Assembly (NCBI GenBank): GCA_963790205.1
Contig: CAWBNQ010000014.1
Coordinates: forward strand, 96,001-160,000
DNA: 64,000 bases
Direction of reading: 5' to 3'
DNA from: Nitrospirota bacterium
Lineage (GTDB): Bacteria > Nitrospirota > UBA9217
A program made the translations under genes and the position numbers. The notes beneath the pieces were generated by a model that saw only the letters and a list, made by a program, of their open reading frames with translations, was not told the DNA's origin and ran no database searches. Shown here one piece after another: positions 52,809 to 62,597 of this stretch (the stretch's first letter is position 1; each line of letters starts with the position of its first letter).

Positions 52809-53651
52809 ATGAATCCTGCACAATTTTGTCCCATATCCAAACTTGACAAGCTGCTTTTGGCCACGGACCGCTCCACATTCAGCGAAGGAGCTGTGAGAGA
52901 AGCAATAGACTTCGCAAAGAGGTGTTCAAGCTGGCTCTATGTAATGGCTGTTATGGAATCAAACCCTGAATATGAGACCATCGGCGCCAATGTTTTTGAT
53001 AAAGAAGAGAAAGAAGCGATGGCATACCTTGAAACCGTAAAAGCACGGGCTGTGCAAGAAGGGGTGTCCTGTTCTACCATTTTACGCGAGGGGGTGACCC
53101 CGCATCAACTGATCACCGATGAGGCCGTCGAGAAAAAGGTTGACATGATCGTCATCGGCAGGCGCGGCCGCAGCGGTTTGATGAAGGTGTTGATGGGCAG
53201 CGTGGCCGCAAAAGTCATCGGCCATGCGCCGTGCAAGGTCCTCGTCGTCCCCCGGGCTGCACGGATCGAATGCAGGAATATATTGGTTGCCACGGACGGC
53301 TCGGCGCACAGTATCGCCGCTGCCGCGGAGGCGATCGGAATTGCAAAACGCTGCGGAAGTACTATTATCGCCGTGTCCACAATGTACGTTGAAGAAGGTT
53401 TCGATGAAGCAAAAGCAAATGTCGGCGCCGTCGTTGAGATGGCCCGGAAGGAAGGCATTCCCGTGGAAGCATTGACCCCGGCGGGCAGGTCTCACGAGGT
53501 CATCGTCGAAACCGCGGGCGGCAGGGGCGTTGATTTGATCGTCATGGGGACCTATGGGAAAACAGGACTCAAGAAAATTCTCATGGGAAGCTCAACGGAA
53601 AAAGTCATCGGCCATGCGAATTGCGCCGTTCTGGTTGTCAGGGCGCAGTAA
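52809..53651 (+). CDS. Universal stress protein (tandem USP domains)
   Basis: LLLATDRS, IGRRGR...MGSVA, ILVATDGS, MGSSTEKV. Confidence 0.93.
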   Translation: MNPAQFCPISKLDKLLLATDRSTFSEGAVREAIDFAKRCSSWLYVMAVMESNPEYETIGANVFDKEEKEAMAYLETVKARAVQEGVSCSTILREGVTPHQLITDEAVEKKVDMIVIGRRGRSGLMKVLMGSVAAKVIGHAPCKVLVVPRAARIECRNILVATDGSAHSIAAAAEAIGIAKRCGSTIIAVSTMYVEEGFDEAKANVGAVVEMARKEGIPVEALTPAGRSHEVIVETAGGRGVDLIVMGTYGKTGLKKILMGSSTEKVIGHANCAVLVVRAQ

Positions 53652-53685
53652 ACCTCGTATTCTCTATTTGTAAAAGGAGTGGAGG

Positions 53686-54615
53686 ATGCCGCAACGTTCG
53701 ATTTTAGTTGCCGACGACATTGAGAATCAGACCGACTCCGGTAAAAGACGTTCGCAAGCTATACGGAAGACTGCTTCTTTTCTGGCCCAACGGCTCAAAA
53801 CCGGCATCGACTTACTTTATGTGGAAGATCTGAAAGCTTATCCCTTGAGCAAGCTCGGTTCATTCCGTTTCCCGGCATGGCACTTTTCGCATCAGGAAGG
53901 GCTCGAGCAGATAGGCAGGCAATTTCCCGTACCGGTTTCCTGTTCCGTAAAAAGCGGTTCTCCTGCGGAAGAGATCCTGAAGGTACTGCGTTCCAAGTCG
54001 TCCCCGGAGCTTGTTATCGTGGGAACACAGGGCCGGAAAGGAGTGAAGCGTTTGCTCATCGGCAGTGTTGCGGAAGAAGTCGTCCGTCATTCCAGGCGGC
54101 CGGTGATGGTGATCGGACCGATAGCTCAGGAAACGGACCGGGACATCTCCGGCCAGAAGCAGCTTAAAATGCTCGTGCCGACCGACCTCGGGAAAAACAG
54201 CCGGGCAGCCGAGCAATATGCGCTGTCTCTTGCAAAGCGCATGGGTGCGAGAGTGACCCTGTTTCATTGCCTGTGGGACAGCATCCATGCAATTATGGTC
54301 AGTACTGCATACTCCGGGATGGCCGCATTTAATATCGATGGAATTATCGCCGAGTCACGGGAGGATGCCTTTAATGCCATGAAACGGAAAACCGGTTTTT
54401 TTCAGAAACACGGCGTGCCCTGTGATTACAAAATCGAAGACAAGTCGATAACTTCCGCGTGTGCGGTGCATCAGGAGTGTGGAAGCGGCTATTCGATCGT
54501 GGTCATGGGAACTCATGGAAGGAATGCCTTGCTCAATGCTTTTTTCGGAAGCACGGCGCGGGAATCGATCCTGAACGCAACGATCCCGATAATCATCGTG
54601 CATTCCGGAAGATAA
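53686..54615 (+). CDS. Universal stress protein (tandem USP domains)
   Basis: VGTQGRKG...IGSVAEEV, LVPTDLG, MGTHGR...FGSTA. Confidence 0.9.
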   Translation: MPQRSILVADDIENQTDSGKRRSQAIRKTASFLAQRLKTGIDLLYVEDLKAYPLSKLGSFRFPAWHFSHQEGLEQIGRQFPVPVSCSVKSGSPAEEILKVLRSKSSPELVIVGTQGRKGVKRLLIGSVAEEVVRHSRRPVMVIGPIAQETDRDISGQKQLKMLVPTDLGKNSRAAEQYALSLAKRMGARVTLFHCLWDSIHAIMVSTAYSGMAAFNIDGIIAESREDAFNAMKRKTGFFQKHGVPCDYKIEDKSITSACAVHQECGSGYSIVVMGTHGRNALLNAFFGSTARESILNATIPIIIVHSGR

Positions 54616-54705
54616 GGATTCTTTTTTGCACATCCCCTTCGCGACCTGGAACGAAATTTTTTCGAAGGAAATTTTGCACGTGACGCTTTCCTGCCCAATC
54701 AATGT

Positions 54706-55025
54706 TCATTTCTTCCCCACCGGCATGAGATAGAGCGGCTGCTCCCGTCCAGGAAGATGCAGAACGGCCCTCACCTCCTCATCATGGAACGCTCCGATGA
54801 CCACGGTCCCGAGCTCCAGGGACACGGCCTGAAGAAGGACGTTCTGTGCGGCGTAGCCCGCCTCCTGATCGGCTGAGGTAGCTTTATGGAACCCCGGGTA
54901 TCGTCCTCAGCGCTATTCATGACAGGGAGAACGTTTGTTGATAAAAAGATCGTGAGGAAAGAGGAAAACAAAAGCAGAGATAAAAGCTTCGTGGGGAGCA
55001 CCTCGAGTAGTTGTGGATGCAGGCA
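54706..55025 (-). pseudogene. SagB/ThcOx-type nitroreductase remnant with a large internal deletion
   Basis: Manual translation: N-terminal ...GSIKLPQP abuts C-terminal EAGYAAQNVLLQAVSLELGTVVIGAFHDEEV...PLYLMPVGKK*. Confidence 0.8.
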
Positions 55026-55203
55026 TAAGGATATTGTAGCATGACCTTGCCGTCTTGGGCTTGGAGATGGCCGCAAAACTTCTTCCTGTTTGCGGCACGA
55101 GTGACTCTGTTCTATAATCGTGCATAGAAGCACTTCATGAACAATCGTCACCTAAGCGCAGGAAATTACATTTCCCCGTATCTCAGTAATGAAAGGTCTT
55201 TGT

Positions 55204-55455
55204 ATGCACACCGAACGGATCGACGTCATATCCTACGCAGGCCGCAAGGGCGACGAGCGTCCCAAGACTTTCATCCTCCGGGGGCTCCGCATCGACATCG
55301 TGGAAATCATAGAACGCTGGATCGAAGAAGGGTCCGAAGACAGGGTGCGAAAACGCTACTTCAGGGTAAAGGGAAGCGACGGCAACACGCACCGGATCTA
55401 TTACGACGAGGACATCCTTGAATGGTATTACGCATCACAACATCCAAAGAAATAG
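55204..55455 (+). CDS. Small conserved hypothetical protein
   Basis: YAGRKGDERP...WIE...RYFRVK...IYYD...W. Confidence 0.7.
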   Translation: MHTERIDVISYAGRKGDERPKTFILRGLRIDIVEIIERWIEEGSEDRVRKRYFRVKGSDGNTHRIYYDEDILEWYYASQHPKK

Positions 55456-56108
55456 TAACAGCGCTCGGGGAAAAGTATCCGGGCAGGTTCTCCGCAGAAC
55501 TCGGCATTGACCTGTCTTCGGAGCGCTCGCCGGAGATCTTCAGGTGGTTCCTTGCGTCCGTGCTCTTCGGCGCGCGCATATCGGAGAGCATCGTAGAAAA
55601 GACCTTCCGTGAGTTCGATGCCCGGGGCATCGTGTCGCCGGAGACCATCCTTCATACCGGCTGGGACGGCCTCGTGGCGATCCTCGATGCGGGCGGCTAC
55701 GTGCGGTACGACTTCAAGACCGCGACAAAGCTTTTGGACCTGTGCAAAGCGCTGACAGAGAACTATCATGCCGAACTCGCGAATCTCCACACTGCGGCAA
55801 TTGACCCAAATGACCTCGAACAGAGGCTCAAGGCGCTTGCCAAAGGCATCGGAGACGTGACCGTGAACATCTTCCTCAGGGAGATGCGCGGCATCTGGAA
55901 AAAGGCAAATCCCCTTCCCTCGGACCTTGTGGTCATGGCGGCAAAGGAAAGGGGCATCGTCCCGAAGACCGTCAAGGACCGGGCAAAGGTCCTCCAACTC
56001 CTGACGGATGCGTGGAAAGAAACGGGTATGAAGAAAAAGGATTTTCCGGACTTTGAGGCGGCCCTGGTGAGGGCGGGAATAGAACTGCGGAGGAAAAAGC
56101 GGATCTGA
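55422..56108 (+). CDS. HhH-GPD/DNA glycosylase-like protein
   Basis: WFLASVLFGARISE, GGYVRYD, KGIGDVTVNIFLRE helix-hairpin-helix-like motif. Confidence 0.75.
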   Translation: MVLRITTSKEIVTALGEKYPGRFSAELGIDLSSERSPEIFRWFLASVLFGARISESIVEKTFREFDARGIVSPETILHTGWDGLVAILDAGGYVRYDFKTATKLLDLCKALTENYHAELANLHTAAIDPNDLEQRLKALAKGIGDVTVNIFLREMRGIWKKANPLPSDLVVMAAKERGIVPKTVKDRAKVLQLLTDAWKETGMKKKDFPDFEAALVRAGIELRRKKRI

Positions 56109-56333
56109 TAATAGATTTTTTGCCGGAGAGATGTAGTGTGCTGCTGATTTGATCGATACGTCTTCAGGCGCCCTTCAAATCGACTTCGACAAAACCAAAT
56201 CTGCCGGAAAGACGCAAAGACTCAAGGAAATTCGAGAATCGTTTTGATTTAGTTCGCACCCTGAGATTAAAGTCTTTCTTAGAGTCTTGGCGCCGTCGTG
56301 GCGAGTATTGATTGCGGATCAACAGTACCCGCA

Positions 56334-59030
56334 TCATATCGTCAGCGTGAACATCCCCATCAACTGCTCATTGCTCAGCTCCGTGATCCATGCCTCGGAC
56401 CCGGACTGGATGACGTCGTTCGACAGCTTCATTTTTCCCTCGATCATCTGATCGATCTTCTCCTCAATGGTCCCCTTGGTGATGAACTTGTGAACGATCA
56501 CATTCTTTTTCTGGCCGATCCTGAAGGCCCGGTCGGTTGCCTGGTTCTCAACAGCCGGGTTCCACCACCGGTCAAAGTGAATAACATGGTTTGCCGCGGT
56601 AAGATTGAGCCCCACGCCCCCGGCCTTGAGGGACAGCACCATATAGGGCGCATAGTCCTCATCCTGAAAACGCGCCACAATCTCTTTCCTTTTTCCGACC
56701 GGCGTGCCGCCATGCAGCACGAGCCCCTGCCTCCCGAATATTCCTGTCAGAAATTCTGAAAGCGGGCCCGTGATCTCCCTGAACTGGGTGAACACCAGGA
56801 CGCGTTCCCGTTTTTCATGGATCGTTTCGCAGATCTCGCGCAGCCGGCTGAATTTGCCGCTGTCGCTCTCGTCGTACAGCCCGGTCCCGAGATACTGGTC
56901 CGGGTGATTGCAGAGCTGTTTGAACTTCATGAGCGAACTTAAGATGAGCCCTTTTCTCTGGATGCCCTCCGCGCTTTCGATGGTCTTCCTGAGATCGTCC
57001 ACCAGCTTCTGATAGAGCACTGCCTGCCTTCTGCTTAACAACGACCAGATCTTCATCTCCACCTTGTCCGGCAGATCGGAGATGACCGTTTTGTCCGTCT
57101 TGAGCCGCCGGAGAATGTAGGGGCTGATGACCTTCCTGAGACGCGCATATCCTTCATGGTCTTTGGCCAGGTTCTTGGAGAATTTACTGAACTCCTTGCT
57201 GCTCCCGAGAAGCCCGGGGTTGATGAAGTCGAACAAAGACCAGAGATCGGACAGCCGGTTCTCCACGGGCGTCCCGGTCATGACAATGCGGTTGACGGAC
57301 TTCAGTTTTTTGACCGCCCTGGTCTGTTTGGTGCCGGGATTTTTGATCGCCTGGGCCTCGTCGAGGATAACGTACTTCCACTCATAGGTATGGAGCCATT
57401 CGTACTTTTGCACCATTGAGTAGGTCGTGATCACGAGATCGAGTTTGTCCAACTCATAAGCTTCTTTCAGCTCCACCGTATTGGAATCGTTTCCAGCGGG
57501 GTGAGCGGTATAGAACGTAATATCCGGCGCGAACTTCATGAGCTCACTCGCCCAGTTTGAGAGCAGAGATGCGGGAATCACGAGGAGACTGGCGCCGCGC
57601 TCTCCCCGGTGCTTCAACAGGTGAAGAAGCGCAAGGACCTGCACGGTCTTGCCGAGCCCCATGTCATCGGCAAGGCACATGCCGAACCTCAGGGAATGCA
57701 GAAAAGCGAGCCAGTTCAAGCCCTTTTCCTGATAGGGCCTGAGTTTCGCTTTGAACGAAGGGCTTATTGTTACCGACTCGACCAGGTCAGGATGGCGCAT
57801 CTTCGCCATGACCGATTCAAGCCATTGGCCCCGCGTAACGGATACCGCCGTGTCGGTTCCGGCAATATCCAGCAGCAACTTGGGGTTCATTTGAAACCGG
57901 AGCGCGTCGCGGAACGTAATCCCCCCGCCTCTGGCAAGCTTACGCGCCCTTTCGTAGGCATCGAGGGTTTGGCGCAGCTTTTCGGGGTCAACTGACACCC
58001 AGCGGTTCTTGATCAGAGCGAGCCCTTCCGCGGAGTCAAGAAGACGTTGGGCCTCCTCGAAGGAAACCGGAGTATCCTCAAGGTGCAACCCGATATCAAA
58101 ACTGAGCAATGCATCCATCCCTACCGTAGAAGGCTGGTTATCGCCCAGGGAGATACTGACTTTCAGGCTCGATGACCCGCTCTTCCACCAGTCGGGGATG
58201 CGGCACAGGATGCCCGATCGCTCGTACAGGGGAATTTCTTGCAGGAAGGCGTAGGCCTCTTTCGCAGACCAGGCCAGGGGATGGAACAGCTCTCCGCTCT
58301 CCAAAAGCCCTGCTATGAGCGCGCTCTCCTTCGCGGCGCGATGAACGGTCGAGAGCAGGTCGAGAAGCTTCTTGTTGTCGTTGCCGTGCTCGGTCAGCGC
58401 GTGCTTCAGGGGTAGATGCCGCGACTTGCCTTGTTTGTTCAACTCTGTTGTGTAGGTGGCCAGAAAAGAAAACGGAGCATCCTCACGCTTGTTGTCCACC
58501 AGATGGAAGAATACGCGTCCGACGAGGTGGACATCGGGGCTGTATTGTTGTATGAACTCCTCGACCGTACCCTTGTACCGTCTGATCTCACTGCGAAACT
58601 CGTCGTGGAGCCGCTGCCAGAGGTCATCCAGCACCACCCTGCTCAGGTACTCGGCGCCGGTCATCAGAGGCACGGATGCAAGCGCGTGTTCCCGCTCCTC
58701 GCCGCTGAGCTTGACAGAGACCTCATCACGGATGGATTCAAGGTCCGGAGTCTGTCTGAGCTTGCTGGCGAAAAGACCACAGAACCCGCGCAAAAAATGG
58801 AGTGACGGGGAAAGAGAGACGGAGGTGTCGCGGAATCCAAGAAAAAGAAAAGCGCCGTCCGGATTTTCCGAGAACCGTTTGAACAGTTCCCGCTCAAGCA
58901 GGCTTTTACTCTTGTCGAAGGGCTCTCGTGTCTCCAGCCACTCCAGCCGCACAGTACCGACAGGCATGATAACTGCCTGCAATTCCTGGTTCTCGGATGC
59001 AGCCTTACGATGTTTACCGACCAGGTTCAT
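56334..59030 (-). CDS. SNF2-family helicase/ATPase
   Basis: LADDMGLGKT, DEAQ, TGTPVEN, RVLVFTQF, DRWWNPAVENQATDRAFRIGQ. Confidence 0.95.
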   Translation of the reverse strand: MNLVGKHRKAASENQELQAVIMPVGTVRLEWLETREPFDKSKSLLERELFKRFSENPDGAFLFLGFRDTSVSLSPSLHFLRGFCGLFASKLRQTPDLESIRDEVSVKLSGEEREHALASVPLMTGAEYLSRVVLDDLWQRLHDEFRSEIRRYKGTVEEFIQQYSPDVHLVGRVFFHLVDNKREDAPFSFLATYTTELNKQGKSRHLPLKHALTEHGNDNKKLLDLLSTVHRAAKESALIAGLLESGELFHPLAWSAKEAYAFLQEIPLYERSGILCRIPDWWKSGSSSLKVSISLGDNQPSTVGMDALLSFDIGLHLEDTPVSFEEAQRLLDSAEGLALIKNRWVSVDPEKLRQTLDAYERARKLARGGGITFRDALRFQMNPKLLLDIAGTDTAVSVTRGQWLESVMAKMRHPDLVESVTISPSFKAKLRPYQEKGLNWLAFLHSLRFGMCLADDMGLGKTVQVLALLHLLKHRGERGASLLVIPASLLSNWASELMKFAPDITFYTAHPAGNDSNTVELKEAYELDKLDLVITTYSMVQKYEWLHTYEWKYVILDEAQAIKNPGTKQTRAVKKLKSVNRIVMTGTPVENRLSDLWSLFDFINPGLLGSSKEFSKFSKNLAKDHEGYARLRKVISPYILRRLKTDKTVISDLPDKVEMKIWSLLSRRQAVLYQKLVDDLRKTIESAEGIQRKGLILSSLMKFKQLCNHPDQYLGTGLYDESDSGKFSRLREICETIHEKRERVLVFTQFREITGPLSEFLTGIFGRQGLVLHGGTPVGKRKEIVARFQDEDYAPYMVLSLKAGGVGLNLTAANHVIHFDRWWNPAVENQATDRAFRIGQKKNVIVHKFITKGTIEEKIDQMIEGKMKLSNDVIQSGSEAWITELSNEQLMGMFTLTI

Positions 59031-59349
59031 AGCAGCACACAACCTTTATTCTAAAAAACATTTAGACACACCCTGCACTCGTTTATGGCCGCGCTTTCGC
59101 AAGAGCAGGCCACGCATGCACACCTGCATTCGCGGTTCCACTCATAAAACACGGGTGCAGGCTCGTAAGCGCTGGGCGCAGGCGGAAAAATCGGATCAAC
59201 ATCTGATAAGGGCGGATAACAATAGACAATGAAACCCTCGCCAAAAAGGTGAGTCTCCCTTCCATTAAAAATCCGATTTTATCCGGTTCTTATCAGATTT
59301 GAACCGTGTCAAAAACCGTTTTTAGGTTTATTTATATGTAATAACCGAT

Positions 59350-59382
59350 AAAAAAACCCCGAGTCTTTACAAAACTCAGGGT
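59350..59382 (-). terminator. Probable rho-independent terminator
   Basis: Minus strand CCCTGAGT...ACTCGGGG followed by T8. Confidence 0.6.
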
Positions 59383-59424
59383 GTTCAATTCAGCCATAGG
59401 TGAGGTTACCTCATGCGACAGCCC

Positions 59425-59610
59425 TCACTGTTCCCTCTTCGCCAGCCACTCCTTGAGCCTCGGACACTTCTTCTTCGCGCGATTGTCAATACAGTCGCCG
59501 CAGATAGTCATGTCCGGGCTGCACGGGACAAAGCCGTCCGAACCGTGTGCGTTCGCCGCGTTCCTGATCTTCGCGCTGCGCGCTTTTTCGATACTGGTTA
59601 CTTTCGGCAT
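59425..59610 (-). CDS. Small Cys-rich hypothetical protein
   Basis: 61 aa with C...CGDC...C; co-oriented after guaB and followed by a terminator. Confidence 0.55.
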   Translation of the reverse strand: MPKVTSIEKARSAKIRNAANAHGSDGFVPCSPDMTICGDCIDNRAKKKCPRLKEWLAKREQ

Positions 59611-59685
59611 GTTAAAATATTTTCATGACACGGGGCTGCCCCTACGATGTTCAATCCGCGATCCGAAATCCGCATTCCGCAATCG

Positions 59686-61170
<1,485 letters not shown>

Positions 61171-61280
61171 TTAATGCAAGCACGATCCATGATAAGCAAC
61201 ATTTGAATGCGCCATCATACATCCTGCATCGTAATTTACTAATTTACCACATTAAGAACAAAACCTCAAGGAAAACCGGA

Positions 61281-61919
61281 TTATTCAAACCCGGATTGCT
61301 TGTTCAGGAAAGGGTTTTCGCGGCGCTCCTCGCCAATCGTGGAACCGGGTCCGTGGCCGGAAAAGACCTTGGTGTCGTCCGGCAGGGTCATGAGGTTCTT
61401 CTTGATGGAATGGAGCAGGGTCATAAGGTCCCCGCCCGGAAAATCGGTCCTGCCGATGGAGCCGGCAAAGAGCGCGTCGCCGGTAAAGACCATGCCCTGT
61501 TCGAGCAGGCTGATGCCGCCCGGAGTATGGCCGGGCGTGTGCAGGACTTTCAGCGATACCTCTCCGGCAATGATCACGTCGCCGTGCTTCACGTATCGGT
61601 CGGCCGGCGGAGAGGACGGGGAATTCATCCCGAAAGCCGCGGATTGCTTCGAAGCAGAGGCGAGGAACGGCGCGTCCCCGGCGTGGATCAGGAGCTCGGC
61701 GCCCGTGGCTTCCTTGACGGCCTTGTTCGCGCCCACGTGGTCAAAGTGGCCGTGGGTGTTCACGATGTACTTGACCTTGAGGCCCTTGTCCTTGATCACC
61801 TTGAGGATGTCCCCTGCGTCGTCGCCGGGATCGATCACGATGGCGTCCATGGTCTTCTCGTCCGCGAGGATGAAACAGTTCACCTGGAGCGGGCCGACGA
61901 CGAGTCGAATTAAGATCAT
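61281..61919 (-). CDS. MBL-fold metallo-hydrolase (glyoxalase II-like)
   Basis: THGHFDHVG, TPGHTPG, GDALF.GSIGRTD, GHG. Confidence 0.92.
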   Translation of the reverse strand: MILIRLVVGPLQVNCFILADEKTMDAIVIDPGDDAGDILKVIKDKGLKVKYIVNTHGHFDHVGANKAVKEATGAELLIHAGDAPFLASASKQSAAFGMNSPSSPPADRYVKHGDVIIAGEVSLKVLHTPGHTPGGISLLEQGMVFTGDALFAGSIGRTDFPGGDLMTLLHSIKKNLMTLPDDTKVFSGHGPGSTIGEERRENPFLNKQSGFE

Positions 61920-61925
61920 AAATAC

Positions 61926-62591
61926 CTACTTTCGCCACAGAGAGCACGGAGGAAAGGCTGCATACAATGAAGATGGCCGGGGAATCAAACAACCATTTCC
62001 CATTATCATGCTTTGCCTGGCATATTACTTACGTTTTTCTCTGCGGGCTCTGTGGTTGATGTTCTTTTCCAACTCCAGCAGCCTCTTCTTCATCCCGAGC
62101 CCGCCCGAGAACCCGCCCAGCGTACCTGCCGAGCTGATCACCCGGTGTCAGGGGATGATGATCGGGACGGGATTGGCCCCCATCGCTTGGCCCACGGCCC
62201 TGCTGGCCCGCGAATTCCCGATCCGCCTGGCAATCCACGCGTAGGACCTTGTCTCGCCGTAGGGAATCTCTGCCGCCGCCTTCCAGACTGCCTGCTGGAA
62301 GCACGTATAATAACGCAGATCGAGCGGGAGGTCAAATGACACCAGTTCGCCGGAGAAGTATGCCCCGAGCAGCTTGGCCGCCTTTTCCAGCATCTTCATA
62401 CTCCCTCTCCCTTCGCGGGAGACGGTTGGTGTGAGGGGGGATGTCGCGCTGTCCAGTTCCTGCTGCACAGCACGTTTGCTCTGCCGGGGGAGGGCGATCA
62501 TCACGATCCCCTTTTCCGACACCGCCACACCCGCCCATCCGAGGGGGCTCCGAAAAACAACGCTTCTTATTCCGCATTCTGAATTCCGCAT
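61926..62591 (-). CDS. ogt: Methylated-DNA-[protein]-cysteine S-methyltransferase with in-frame TGA at the catalytic Cys (probable selenocysteine)
   Basis: IPYGETRSY, RAVGQAMGANPVPIIIP-TGA(62148-62150)-HRVISSAGTLGGFSGGLGMKKRLLELE; frame stays open to TAG at 61926. Confidence 0.8.
62115..62134 (-). promoter_or_regulatory. Putative bacterial SECIS element
   Basis: GCUCGGC-AGGUAC-GCUGGGC hairpin starting 13 nt after the UGA. Confidence 0.65.
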
Positions 62592-62597
62592 TCCGAA

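Noticed and set aside
62148..62591. ogt as a simple truncated pseudogene
   Set aside because: The stop falls exactly on the catalytic Cys, downstream conservation persists and a SECIS-like hairpin follows; Sec readthrough is favoured though not proven
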